A DNA stretch of 64,000 nucleotides from Squalus acanthias (lineage: Eukaryota): assembly GCA_030390025.1 (NCBI GenBank), contig CM059431.1, positions 147,314,001 through 147,378,000 on the forward strand. The letters are read 5' to 3'. This document shows, piece after piece, positions 34,545 to 47,667 of the stretch; the stretch's first letter is position 1, and the number at the start of each line of letters is the position of its first letter. The notes under the pieces are model-generated. The model was given only the letters and a program-made list of their open reading frames with translations, was not told the origin of the DNA and ran no database searches. A program made the position numbers and the translations under genes.

Positions 34545-36329
34545 ATGGAGTGGCTGTTTCACATTCTGTTCCTGATGTCCTGTGAGTACCACAGCGCTGA
34601 CTTCAATTCCCCAAACCCTTTGTCTTCTCCTGCTACATATCTTCCTGATCAATAACTTTCTTTCCTACCTGTCAGTCGTGGCTCAGTGGGTCTCAGTCTC
34701 TCTCTCTCTCGCCTCTGAGTCAGACGGTCGTGGGTTCCAGATTCTCCACTCCAGAGACTCGAGCCCCATAATCCCAGGCTGACACTCCCTGGTTGCCCAG
34801 GACTGAGGGAGCGCGATACTCTCGGAGGGGCAGTACTGAGGGAGCGCCGCACTGTCGGAGGGGCAGTACTGAGGGAGCGCCGCACTGTCGGAGGGGCAGT
34901 ACTGAGGGAGCGCCGCACTGTCGGAGGGGCAGTACTGAGGGAGCGCTGCACTGTTTGATGAGACATTAATCCAAGGCCCCATCTGCCCTCTCAGGTAGTC
35001 CTAAAAGATCCCACGGCCACTATTGGAAGAATAGCAGAGTGGAGTTCTCCCCGGTGAGGGTGGTGAACCTGTGGAATTCTCTACCACAGAAGGCTGTGGA
35101 GGCCAAGTCACTGAATATATTTTAGAAGGAGATAGATAGATTTCTAGACACAAAAGGCATCAAGGGGTCTGGGGAGAGAGCGGGAATATGGTATTGAGAT
35201 AGAGGATCAGCCATGATCATATTGAATGGTGGAGCAGCTTCGAAGGGCCGAATGGCCTACTCCTGCTCCTATTTTTCGACTATCTTCTATGTTTCTGTGT
35301 CCTGTGGCCCAATATTTATCCCTCATCCAATATCACTTAAAAATAAAACAGATTATCTGGTCCTTTATCACATTGCTGCTTGTGGGAGCTTGCTGTGCGC
35401 AATTGGCCGCCGCCTTCCCCACATTACAACAGCGACCACACTTCAAAAGTACTTCATTGGCTGTGAAGCGTTGTGGCACATCCTGAGGTCGAAAAGGCAC
35501 GGTATAAATTGGAATTCTGTCTTTCTGATTGGCAGGTGTGAGTCTGGTCAGTTTACCAGTGAATGGCGAGGGTATAGATTGTCAGATTCAAGCTGCAAGC
35601 ACAGAGCTGAACATGGAAGGAAATTCTGCCGCCTATTACTTCTCGCGGAGCGAGGCGTCCGATAACTTGGTGATAAAATCCCTGAAGACAGAGCTGGGGA
35701 GGGTCCGGGGGTTTGTGAGTATCTGGGAACAGGCCACCAACAGTTGGAGAGGCAATATACACAAAAAGCCTGATGGTCTCCGAGAGGAGCATGTCATCGC
35801 CATGACCGCCTACACCATTCACAGGGATTTGGTAGAGATTTGTACAGTACCTTGAACGATGGGGTTCGAAGCTATGGCGGTGACCTCAACACATACAATG
35901 CCTGCTTTAACCTGAAGAGCTTTCACTTCCTTCTATCTGTCGCCCTTGCAAGTGTTGAGAAACACTTCCATTGGGCGGCCGGTGTATCGGGGGACAAAGA
36001 GTCAGATCTCTGGGACACTGGGCACAGAGATGAGGTTTGGAATATTTGCCTCCACTTCCTTCAATAAGACGGTGGCGAAGGACTTTGGGATAAACCCTTT
36101 CTTTGAAATAAAGACATTGTACGGTGTCGACCTCCATAATTTCACGGTCAACGTGACGCAACAGGAGGTCTTGATCCCGCCTTATGAGAAGTTCAAAATC
36201 ACAGAGCCTCAGGAGATAACAGGAGATACACCCTCGAACTCGAGAGGCTACAAGGGAGTGGAGGTGTGGCTCGGGTTGGACGGGTCGGGTAGTCTGATCG
36301 TTTATTCGATAATCCCCTGGTGGGTCTAG
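34545..36329 (+). pseudogene. Ecto-ADP-ribosyltransferase copy B (exons 34545-34581 and 35536-36329), frameshifted
   Basis: Spliced N-terminus MEWLFHILFLMSCVSLVSLP; VYRG, FASTS, TQQEVLIPPYEKF. Lesions: 11-nt insertion near 35830, 1-nt insertion near 35946, compensating indels at ~36207-36236, TAG at 36327 where copy A has TGG. Confidence 0.9.
34670..35520 (+). mobile_element. Intronic Deu-type SINE with a short 33-bp array, interrupted by a CR1 3' fragment (~35057-35297)
   Basis: Colinear with the uninterrupted SINE at 62800-63345; insert reads RVVNLWNSLPQKAVEA and ends CTATGTTTCT. Confidence 0.85.
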
Positions 36330-36419
36330 TTTCTGACCGCTTTGGGGAGCTCAGGCTGTCTGGGGGGAGGTGGGAGTCTCATCTGGTACTTCTGCAATAA
36401 ATCCTCCAGAATCCCACCT

Positions 36420-37380
36420 GACCAACCCCAAACCCTCACACCCCTCAACCCCTCACCCACTCTAACCCCTCACCCCTCAACCACACCTAACCCGTCACCC
36501 CCTCTAACCCCTCACCCCTCACCCCTCTAACCCCCTCACCCCTCACCCCTCTAACCCCTCACCCCTCACCCCTCAGCCCCATCTAACCCCTCACCCCCTC
36601 TAACCACTCACACCTCAGCCCCATCTAACCCCTCACCCCCTCTAACCCCTCACCCCCTCTAACCCCTCACCCCTCACCCCTCAGCCCCATCTAACCCCTC
36701 ACCCCCTCTAACCCCTCTCCCCTCAGCCCCATCTAACCCCTCACCCCTCACCCCCTCTAACCCCTCACCCCCTCTAACCCCTCACCCCCTCTAACCCCTC
36801 ACCCCCTCTAACCCCTCTAACCCCTCACTCTCTCTAACCCCTCACTCCCTCTAACCCCTCACCCCCTCTAACCCCTCACCCCCTCTAACCCCTCACCCCC
36901 TCTAACCCCTCACCCCTCACCCCTCACACCCCCAACCCTCTCTGTCTCCTCCCACCTCACACTCCCAATCTTCAAACCCTCCTACCTAAGCCTCCACCTC
37001 CCTAACCCCTCTCCCCCTCACTCTTCTCCCCTCACACTCCTCCCACAAACCTCCCACCCCACACCTCACACCCCCAGCCCTCACACCCCTCTCCTCCCTC
37101 CCCCCACCTCATCAATCTCAAACCCTCACAACCCTCTAACCCCCCACCCATCACACCCTCAAACCTCGCCGCCTCCCCCACCTCACGCTCTCCCCCAACC
37201 TTCAACCTCATCCCCCCACCTACCCAACCCTCTCCCGCCCCACACACCCACCCCCCCCCGAACCCCTCACCCCTCACCCCCGGCTCCTCCAAACCACCCC
37301 CAACCACAAAACCCCCAACCCTCAACCCCCGACACCCTTCATACTTCTCCCCCTGACTCCTCTCTCCTCACCCCCGCCCC
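36420..37380. repeat. C-rich telomere-like repeat (CTAACCCCTCACCCC)n and low-complexity tail
   Basis: Read directly. Confidence 0.88.
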
Positions 37381-37796
37381 CCGGCTCCCACACTCTCCCA
37401 ACTGCAGCCTGGTCAGTTGTCTGAAATCAGACGTCTAGTCATCGCCGAATTGACCAATCGCTGGTGTTAGTACATGTGCGGTGTTTTGCTTATTGTCGCC
37501 TGAGCTTAAAGTAAAGGGTTAGCCCTGTGTCTGCTGAAGTATAATCAGCAATTGTGATACGCAACGGATGCTTGCCTGCAATCTATTGATGATTTTTAAG
37601 CAAATGAAGTGTATAAATGTAAGATTGTTCAAGCAGCACGAAAGGGCCCATGCCTTGGTCCACGTGCTCTATCTGTGACAATACTCCACTTCGTAAATTG
37701 CTTTTTATACTGAAGTTAATGAATAAAATGTTAAAACCAGAAGACTGAAATCATTATTAGTCAAGTGAACAAACAGAAGTAGGTTTGGGACAACAC

Positions 37797-38473
37797 AATG
37801 TAACAGGCTCGAGGGACTGAATGGTCTCCTCCTGTTCCTGTGTAACAAGCTCGAGGGGCTGAATGGCCTCCTCCTGTTCCTGTGTAACAAGCTCGACGGG
37901 CTGAATGGCATTCTCCTGTTCCTGTGTAACAGGCTCGAGGGGCTGAATGGCCTCCTCCTGTTCCTGTGTAACAGGCTCGAGGGGCTGAATGGCCTCCTCC
38001 TGTTCCTGTGTAAGAGGCTCGAGGGGCTGAACGGCCTCCTCCTGGTCCTGTGTAACAGACTCGAGGGGCTGAATGGCCTCCTCCTGCTCCTGTGTAATAG
38101 GCTCGAGGGGCTGAATGGCCTCCTCCTGTTCCGGTGTAAAAGGCTTGAGGGGCTGAATGACCTCTTCCTGTTCCTGTGTAACAGGCTTGAGGGGCTGAAT
38201 GGCCTCCTCCTGTTCCTGTGTAACAGGCTCAAGGGGCTGAATGACCTCCTCCTGTTCCTGTGTAACAGACTCGAGGGGCTGTATGGCCTCCTCCTGTCCC
38301 TGTGTAACAGACTCGAGGGGCTGAATGGCCTCCTCCTGTTCCTGTGCAACAGGCTCGAGTAGCTGAATGGCCTCCTCCTGTTCCTATGTAACAGGCTCGA
38401 GGGGTTGAAGGGCCTCCTCCTGTTCCTGTGTAACAGACTCGAGGGGTTGAATGGCCTCCTCCTGTTCCTGTGT
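37797..38473. repeat. 42-bp minisatellite (AACAGGCTCGAGGGGCTGAATGGCCTCCTCCTGTTCCTGTGT)n derived from the CR1 3' terminus
   Basis: Matches CR1 end GCAGGCTCGAGGGGCCGAATGGCCTACTCCTGCTCCT at 21737-21773. Confidence 0.93.
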
Positions 38474-38659
38474 CGCTGTATATATCTTTTCACACTGTGA
38501 AGATTGTAAGATTGTCGATGCTTTGGATGTTTAATGAAAAATGCTGATATAAAGCATTGTCTGGAAAATTTCCAAACCCTTTGCCTGTCTTATTGCCTTA
38601 TTCAGTGGAGCAATATTTCAATAAACGTTCTCTCTCAACACTCCAACTATCTCACCTGA

Positions 38660-39630
38660 TCAACAACAACAACAACTTGTATCTATATAGCGCCTTTAAC
38701 GTAGTAAAACGTCCCAAGGCGCTTCACAGAAGTATTATAAGAGAAAAATTTGACACCGAGCCACATAAGGAGAAATCAGGGCAGGTGACCAAAAGCTTGT
38801 TCAAAGAGGTAGATTTTAAGGAGAGTCTTAAAGGAGGAGAGAGAGGCTGAGAGCCTTAGGCAGGGAATTCCAGAACTTGGGGCCCAGGCAGCTGAAGGCA
38901 CGGCCGCCAATGGTGGAGCGATTATACTCAGGGATGCTCAAGAAGCCAGAATTGGAGGAGCGCAGATATCTCAGGGGGGTTGTAGGGCTGGAAGAGGTTA
39001 GAGAGAGGGAGGTTTGTAGGGGCTGGAGGAGGTTACAGAGATAGGGAGGGTTTTCGGGGCTGGAGGAGTTTACAGAGACAGGGAGGGTTGTAGGGGCTGG
39101 AGGAGGTTACAGAGACAGGGAGGGTTGTAGGGGCTGGAGGAGGTTACACAGATAGGGAGGGTTGTAGGGGCTGGAGGAGGTTACAGAGACAGGGAGGGTT
39201 GTAGGGGCTGGAGGAGGTTACACAGATAGGGAGGGTTGTAGGGGCTGGAGGAGGTTACACAGATAGGGAGGGTTGTAGGGCTGGAGGAGGTTACAGAGAT
39301 AGGGAGGGTTGTGGGGGCTGGAGGAGGTTAGAGATAGGGAGGATCGTAGGGCTGGAGGAGGTTACAGAGATAGGGAGGGTTGTGGGGGCTGGAGGAGGTT
39401 ACAGAGATAGGGAGGGTTGTAGGGCTGGAGGAGGTTACAGAGATAGGGAGGGTTGTAGGGACTGGAGGAGGTTACAGAGCCGGTCAGTGGCCAGAGAGAG
39501 GGATGGAGTCGGAGGCTGGGGAAGGGAGTTTGTGGCGGGGACCGAAGACAATGACTTCAATCTTCCCAATATTTAGATGGAGGGAATTTCTGCTCACCCA
39601 GGACTGGACGTCAGACAAGAATCGTGACAA
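38660..39630 (-). mobile_element. L2-like LINE 3' fragment containing a 36/37-bp array (38980-39478)
   Basis: Tail AAAGGCGCTATATAGATACAAG(TTG)n on the minus strand resembles the SINE tail; array embedded in the body. Confidence 0.7.
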
Positions 39631-39899
39631 CACTGCCATACTTTGGGGGGAAATTCCTGCTCGCCAAATCTAGGAGGCGACGGGGCCCCTTTAAGAATTG
39701 AATAGAGATAAAATGCAGAGACTCGAAGTAATGACAGTGTCGGGAGGCCGCAGCGACTCGTTAACGAGCCAAACTGCTGCCTCTATCTGGGGGGAGTGAA
39801 CTGTGCCTTTAAGAGAAGCAGGTGGGCGGGGCCATGGTGGGGTGATGTCATCAATGGGGGTGGGGCTGGACAGTAGATTATGGAGGTTTACAGAGAGGA

Positions 39900-41435
39900 G
39901 TGTGGGGAATGGGGGTGAGAGAGGGAACGAGAGAGTGAGGAAGAATGAGAGGGGGCTAGAGAGAACGAGAGAGGGAACGAGAGAGTGAGGAAGAATGAGA
40001 GGGGGCTAGAGAGAATGAGAGAGGGGAGGGAGAAAGAACGAGAGAGTGAGGGAGAATGAGAGGGGGATAGAGAGAACGAGAGAGGGGAGAGGGAGAACGA
40101 GAGAGGGGAGGGAGAGAACGAGAGAGGGGAGCGTCCAAACGAGAGGGGGATAGAGAGAGAGAGAGAGAGGAGAGAGAGAGAACGAGAGAGGGGAGGGAGA
40201 GAATGAGAGAGGGGAGGGAGAGAAAGAGAGGGGGGAGAGAGGGAGAGAGAAGGAGAGAAAGAATGAGGGGGAGGGAGGTGGGTTGGTAGAGAGTGGGGAG
40301 AGGGAGTGGGGGAGAAAAAGGGAATGAGATTGGGGTAGAGAGAGAGAGTGGGGAGAGAGAGAATGAGAGAGGGGAGGGAGAGAGAGAGAGGGAGAGGGGG
40401 AGAGAGAGAGGGAGAGGGGGAGGGATAAAGGGAGAGTGGGGAGAGAGAGAGAACAAGAGAGGGAAAGGAGTGAGAAGGGGAGAGGGGAGATAGTGGGGAG
40501 CGGGAGAGGGGGAGAGAGAGGGAAAGAGAGAGGGAGAGAGAAGGAGTGGGTGATAGGGAGAGACAGAGGTAGAGAGAGAGAACGAGAGAGGGAGAGAGAG
40601 AACAGGAGAGGGGGAGAGAGGGGGGAATAGAGTGAGAGAGTGGGGAGAGAGGAAACGAGAGAGGGTCGGAGAGAGGGGGAGAAAGAAGGAATGACAGGGG
40701 TAGAGAAAGAGAGAGAGTGGGAGAGGGAGAGAGAGAGAATGAGAGGGGGGAGAGAGGGGGATAGAGCGAGTGGGAGAAAGAGAAGGAGGGAGGGAGAGAG
40801 GAAGGAGAGAGTGAGGGGGAGTGAAGAGGAGAGAGAGTAGGTGAGAGTCAGGGAAGAGAGCAGGGGATAAAGGGAGAGAGACAGAGCAGGGGTGAGGTGT
40901 GGAGAGATTTCCCGCTCCCTCCTTTTCTATCTCTCTCTCTTTATCCACTCTCTCTCTATTCCTCTCTATTTCTCTCCTTTTCAATCTCTCTCGCTTTCTC
41001 TCTCTATCCCACCCTAAGTCTCTGTCTTTGTCTGCGTCTTTCTATCTCTCTCTCTATCCCTCTCTATCACTTTCCTTTTCTAGCTCTTTCTATCTCTCAC
41101 TTTTTATCTTTCCCTTTCAATCCCTCTGTCTCTATATCTCTTTCTATCCCTGTCTCTCTCTTTCTTTCTCTCTCCCTTTCTATCTCTCTTTCTATCGATT
41201 TCTATCTCTCTATCCCTTTTTATGTCTCTCTATCCCTTTCTGTCCCCTCTCACGTTCTATCTCTCTATCTCTCTCTCCCGTTTTATCTCTCTCTCCCGAA
41301 CTATCTCTCTCTCCCATTCTATCTCTCTCTCCCATTCTATCTCTCTCTCCCATTCTATCTCTCTCTATCCCTTTCTATTGCTCTCTCTATCTCTCTCTCT
41401 ATCTCTCTCCTTCTTTCTCTCTATCCCCTCCCTTG
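39900..41435. repeat. GA-rich then CT-rich tract (paralog of 15605-18385)
   Basis: Same switch sequence AGCAGGGGTGAGGTGTGGAGAGATTTCCCGCT. Confidence 0.9.
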
Positions 41436-43779
41436 TCTAACGCTAGCCCATCTTCCTCCTCTTCCCGTAGCCTCCCGCTCTGGATCGCCCGCATCCTGGA
41501 GACCGCCACCCGCAAGAGACGGAACCGGAGCCGGAGACACGAGGCGTATCGACTGATTGGACGGAGACTGGTAGGGCAACTCGCCGGGGATTCTCCGACA
41601 GCCCCTCCCATAGCCCGACCCCCCGAATCCCGACCCCTGACCCCCAAACCATTCCCCCGAACCCCAACCCCAAACTGTTCCCCAACCCCCAATCTGTTCC
41701 CCAACCCCCAAACTGTTCCCCAACCCCCAAACTGTTCCCCAACCCCCAAACTGTTCCCCAACCCCCAACCCCCAAACTGTTCCCCAACCCCCAAACTGTT
41801 CCCCAACCCCCAACCCCCAAACTGTTCCCCAACCCCCAAACCCAAAACCTTTCCCCGACCCCTGACCCTCAAAACTTTGCCCGACCCCTGACCACTAAAC
41901 CTTTCCCTTGACCCCTGACCCTATACCTTCCCCTGACCTCCAAACCTTTCTTCAACCCCCAAAATTGCCCCCGACCTCTGAACCCTTCCCTGACCCCAAA
42001 CCTTCCCCCCGACTCCCCGCGACACTAACGGTATTCAGTCACCAACCCTCGATCCGCAGATCTCCGTTAACCCCCTCTCTCTCTCTCCAAAGCAGTGGAA
42101 ATGTGGGCTCGGACTCCAGCGCTGCCCGTGGCCGCCGCCGTCTAACTGCGGGAGCTGAAACAGGCCGTGCGCGAGGCCTTCCCCGGACAGCTGCGGGATT
42201 ATCCGGACCCACAGCACAGCAGGGTAAGAATCATATGGGAGCGTTACCCGTTTTGGGGGAGGGGGAGGGTATCCTGGAGGGAGAGGACTCCTGGGATTAT
42301 ACGCCCCTGGTATCTCACCTTGCCCGCCTCCCGCCCCGAGCCCTAGGCTGTCAGTGTCGGAGGGATATTCGTATGCGGCGTGCATCGCGGTGGAATGCCA
42401 TTCCCGTCCTCACCTGGTCCCACGCTCGCACGGACCCTGGCGCTGGGTTACTGTGGGGGCGTCGCTGCCCCATCAAACACTCCCAGGGCAGCTACAGCAC
42501 AGCTCAGATACAGAGTAAAGCTCCCTCTACACTGTCCCATCAATCACTCCCAGAGCAGGTACAGCACGGGTTAGATACAGAGTAAAGCTCCCTCTACACT
42601 GTCCCATCAAACACTCCCAGGGCAGGTACAGCACGGGATAGATACAGAGTAAAGCTCCCTCTACACTGTCCCATCAAACACTCCCAGGGCAGGTACAGCA
42701 CAGCTTAGATACAGAGTAAAGCTCCCTCTACACTGTCCCATCAATCACTCCCAGAGCAGGTACAGCACGGGTTAGATACAGAGTAAAGCTCCCTCTACAC
42801 TGTCCCATGAAACACTCCCAGGGCAGGTACAGCATGGGTTAAATACACAATAAAGCTCACTCTAAACTGTCCCATCAAACACTTCCAGGTCAGGTACAGC
42901 ACGGGTTAGATAAAGAGTAAATTTCCTCTACACTGTCCCATCAGACACTCCAAGGGCAGTTACAGCACGGGTTAGATACAGAGTAAAGCTCCCTCTACGC
43001 TGTCCCATCAAACACTCCCAGGGCAGGTAAAGCACGGGTTAGATACAGAGTAAAGCTCCCTCTGCACTGTCCCATCAAACACTCCCAGGGCAGGTACAGC
43101 ACGGGTTAGATACAGAGTCAAAGCACCCTCTCATGTCCCATCAAACACTCCCATGGCAGGTACAGCACGGGTTAGATACAGAGTAAAGCTCCCTCTACAC
43201 TGTGCCATCAAGCACGCCCAGGGCAGGTACAGCACCACTTAGATGCAGAGTAAAGCTCCCTCGAAACTGTCCCATCAAACACTTCCAGGGCAGGTACAGC
43301 ACGGGTTAGATACAGAGTAAAGCTCCCTCTACACTGTCCCATCAGACACTCCCAGGGCAGGTACAGCACGGGTTAGATACAGAGTAAAGCTCCATCTAGT
43401 GTCCCATCAGACACTCCCAGGGCAGGTACAGCTCCGGTTAGATACAGAGTAAAGCTCCCTCTCGTGTCCCATCAAACACTCCCAGGGTAGGTACAGCTCC
43501 GGTTAGATACAGAGTAAAGCACCCTCTAAACTGTCCCATCAAGCACTCCCAGGGCAACTTCAGCACGGGTTAGATACACAGTAAAGATCACTCTCCACTG
43601 TCCCATCAAACACTCCCAGGGTAGGTACAGCACGGGTTAGATACAGAGTTTAGCTCCCTCTCGTGTCCCATCAAAGACTCCCAGGGCAGGTACAGCAATG
43701 GTTACATACAGAGTAAAGCTCCCTCATAACTGTCCCATCAAGCACGCCCAGGGCAACTACAGCACGGGTTAGATTCAGA

Positions 43780-45153
43780 CCGGTAAGCCTGACATCGGTA
43801 GTGGGGAAAATGCTAGAGTCCATTATAAAAGTTGTAACAGCAGAGCACTTGGAAAACAGTGATCGGATCGGACAAAGTCAACATGGATTTGCAAAAGGTA
43901 AATCGTGCTTGACTAATCTACTGGAATTTTTTGAGGATGTAACTGGTAAAATAGATAAGGGAGAACCAGTGGATGTGGTGTATTTGGACTTTCAAAAGGC
44001 TTTCGATAAGGTCCCGCATAAGAGATTAGCGTGTAAAGTTAAGGCACATGGGATTGGGGGCAAGGTATTGACCTAGATAGAGAACTGGTTGGCAGACAGA
44101 AAGCAAAGAGTTGGAATAAACGGGTCTTTTCCAAGTGGCAGGCAGTGACGAGTGGGGTACCGCAGGGATCGGTCCTTGGACCCCAGCTATTCACAATATA
44201 TATTAATGATCCAGACAAGGGAACTAGATGTAATATCTCCAAGTTTGCAGACGACACAAAGCTGGGTGGGCGTGTGTGCTGTGTGGAGGATGCCGAGCAA
44301 CTCCAGGATGATTTGGACAGGTTGGGTGATTGGGCAGAAGCATGGCAGATGCAATATAATGTGGATAAATGTCAAAAATAGGAAGACAGATTAATATCTG
44401 AATGGCAATAGATTGGGAGAAGGGAAGTGCAACGAGACCTGGGTGTCCTTGTGCACCAGTCGCTGAAGGTAAGCATGCAGGTGCAGCAGGCGGTTAAGAA
44501 GGCAAATGGTATGTTGGCCTTCGTAGCGAGAGGGTTTGAGTACAGGAACAGGGATGTCTTGCTGCAGTTGTACAGGGCCTTGGTGAGAGCACACCTTGAG
44601 TACTGTGTGCAGTGTTGGTCGCCTTATCTGAGGAAGGAGGTTCTTGCCATGGAAGGAGTGCAGCGAAGATTCACAAGGCTGATACCTGGGATGGCAGGAA
44701 TGACGCATGAGGAGAGATTGGGTCGATTGGGCTTATACTCGCTGGAGTTTAGAAGAATGAGAGGGGATCTCATTAAAACTTATAAAATTCTGACAGGTCT
44801 GGACAAACTAGATGCAGGAAGGATGTTCCCGATGGTCGGGGAGTCCAGAACCAGGGGTCACAGTCTAAGGATAACGGGTAAGCCATTTAGGACAGAAATG
44901 AGGAGGAATTTCTTCACCCAGAGAGTGGTGAACCTGTGGAATTCTCTACCACAGAAGGCAGTAGAGGCCAATTCATTAAATATATTCAAGAAGGAGTTGG
45001 ATATATTTCTTAAGGCTAAAGGGATCAAGGGATATGAGGAGAAAGCAGGGACAGGGTTCTGAATTTAGATGATCAGCCATGATCTCATTGAATGGCGGAG
45101 CAGGCTCGAGGGGCCGAATGGCCGACTCCTGCTCCTATCTTCTATGTTTCTAT
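43780..45153 (+). mobile_element. CR1 LINE, duplicate of the 20397-21792 insertion
   Basis: Same 5' and 3' junctions in the 67-bp array; different stops and deletions. Confidence 0.95.
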
Positions 45154-45253
45154 GAGTAAAGCTCCCTCTACACTGTCCCATCAAACACTTCCACGGCAGG
45201 TACAGCACGGGTTAGATACAGAGTAAAGCAACCTCTACACTGTCCATTCAAAC

Positions 45254-47667
45254 CAGCAACCGAAGAAAAAAGAGTCAAACTGGACCCCTCCGGAGGGTCG
45301 CTGCCCCAAGCTTGACATGTATGCTCAAGCTGTCAGGAGATGCATCAACGCCAGATTCATCAGCCGCACTCACAAGACAGTCCAGAATGTCACCCGAGCA
45401 CAACGCAACGCCATCCACGCTCTCAAGACCAACCACAACATTGTCATCAAACCAGCGGACAAAGGAGGAGCCATCGTCATACAGAACAGAACGGACTATT
45501 GTAAAGAAGCATACCGACAACTGGACAACCAGGAACACTACAGACAGCTACCCGCAGATCCGACCAAAGAACACACCCGCCAACTCAATAGACTGATCAA
45601 GACCTTCGATCCAGACCTTCAAAACATCCTACGCGCTCTCATCCCACGTACTCCCCGCGTGGGAGACTTCTACTGCCTCCCAAAGATACACGAAGCCAAC
45701 ACACCCGGACGTCCTATCGTATCAGGCAATGGAACCCTGTGTGAGAACCTCTCTGGATACGTCGAGGGCATTCTGAAACCCATCGTACAGGGAACCCCCA
45801 GCTTCTGCCGCGACACTACAGACTTCTTACAGAAACTCAGCACCCACGGACCAGTTGAACCAGGAACACTCCTTGCCACGATGACGTATCGGCACTCTAC
45901 ACCAGTATCCCCCACGATGAAGGCATCGCTGCAACAGCCTCAGTACTCAACACCAACAACAGCCAATCTCCAGACACCATCCTACAACTCATCCGCTTCA
46001 TCCTGGACCACAATATCTTCACCTTCGACAACCATTTTTTTACCCAAACACACGGAACAGCCATGGGGACCAAATTCGCACCCCAATACGCCAACATCTT
46101 CATGCACAAGTTCGAGCAAGACTTCTTCGCTGCACAGGACCTCCAGCCAATGCTGTACACCAGATACATCGACGACATTTTCTTCCTTTGGACCCATGGC
46201 GAAGGATCACTGAAAAGACTACACGATAACAGAAACAAGTTCCATCCAACCATCAAACTCACCATGGACTACTCCTCAGAATCGGTTTCATTCCTGGACA
46301 CACGAATCTCCATCAAAGACGGACACCTCAGCACTTCACTCTACCGCAAGCCCACGGACAACCTCACGATGCTCCACTTCTCCAGCTTCCACCCTAACCA
46401 TGTTAAAGAAGCCATCCCCTATGGACAAGCCCTGCGAATACACAGGTTCTGCTCAGACGAGGAGGAACGCGATGGACACCTACGGACGCTGAAAAACAGC
46501 CTCGTAAGAACGGGATATGACGCTCGACTCATCGATCGACAGTTCCGACGGGCCACAGCGAAAAATCGCATAGACCTCCTCAGAAGGCAAACACGGGACA
46601 CAACCAACAGGGTACCCTATGTCGTCCAGTACTTCCCCGGAGCGGAGAAACTACGCCATGTTCTTCGCAGCCTTCAACATGTCATCGATGACGACAAACA
46701 GGCCATCCCCACGCCTCCACTACTAGCCTTCAAACAGCCGCCTAACCTCAGAAGTACCATCGTTCGCAGCAAATTACCCAGCTTTCAGGATAACAGCGAC
46801 CACGACACCACACAACCCTGCCACGGCAAACTCTGCAAGACATGCCAGATAATCAACACAGATACCACCATCACACGTGGACACTAACCACCAGGTACAT
46901 GGTACATACTCATGTGACTCGGCCAACGTTGTCTACCTCATACGTTGCAGGAAAGAATGCACCGCGGCATGGTACATCGGCGAGACCATGCAGACACTGA
47001 GACAACGTATGAACGAGCACCGCGCAACAATCGCCAGGCAGGATGGTTACCTCCCAGTCGGGGAACACTTCAGCAGTCAAGGACATTCAGCCTCGGATCT
47101 GCGGGTAAGCGTTCTCCAAGGCAACCTTTGAAACACACGACAACGCAAAATCATCGAGCAGAAACTGATAGCCAAGTTCCGCACTCATGAAGACGGTCTC
47201 AACCGGGATCTTGGGTTTATGTCACGATACATGACGTGATCCAGACTCGAGTCGTCGTTGGCTTGTTCACAGATGTGATTCCCAGTAAAAAAGTAAAAAT
47301 TTTCCCAGTAAAAAAGTAAAAATTTTAAAGCTTTTCGTTTTACATACAGACGGCAGCTTTTGACACGTTAGAACCCCTGCGACTACACCTCATTGTCTCA
47401 GTTGTATCTTGCTATGTCTTTGATGTGGTACCTTCCTGGCTGACCTGATTAACTTTATCACACCTCGGCAGATAGTCAGGATGATTTAATTTAGTGGTCT
47501 GCAATTGTAAGGTACACATGCTTTGTTCTCTATCTATATATGCTTTGGCGATTCTGTATCTATTTACTTCACCTGAGGAAGGGGCAATCGATAGCTCCGA
47601 AAGCTTGTGATTTCAAATAAAACTGTTGGACTATAACCTGGTGTTGTGCGACTTCTCAATTTTGTCC
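45254..47667 (+). mobile_element. Penelope-like retroelement (RT plus GIY-YIG endonuclease), 5'-truncated and frameshifted
   Basis: KPADKGG, YCLPKIH, GRPIVS, GTAMGTKFAP, RYIDD, LYRKPT, VVYLIRC...WYIGET; frameshifts near 45890 and 46880, TGA at 47129. Confidence 0.95.
47569..47610 (+). ncRNA. Minimal type I hammerhead ribozyme motif in the Penelope 3' region
   Basis: TCAC-CTGAGGA-A-GGGGC/GCTCC-GAA-AGCT-T-GTGA: CUGANGA and GAAA cores, stem II, palindromic stem III. Confidence 0.7.

Noticed and set aside
36420..36920. Possible telomere or chromosome fusion site
   Set aside because: Units are CTAACCCC/CTCACCCC variants rather than (CCCTAA)n, and a related tract follows ART copy A
37705..38493. 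262-aa Arg/Ser-rich ORF
   Set aside because: Translation of the 42-bp CR1-derived minisatellite
39660..39830. Possible upstream exon of gene X (one frame reads EPNCCLYL)
   Set aside because: No convincing splice pair and no counterpart before copy 1
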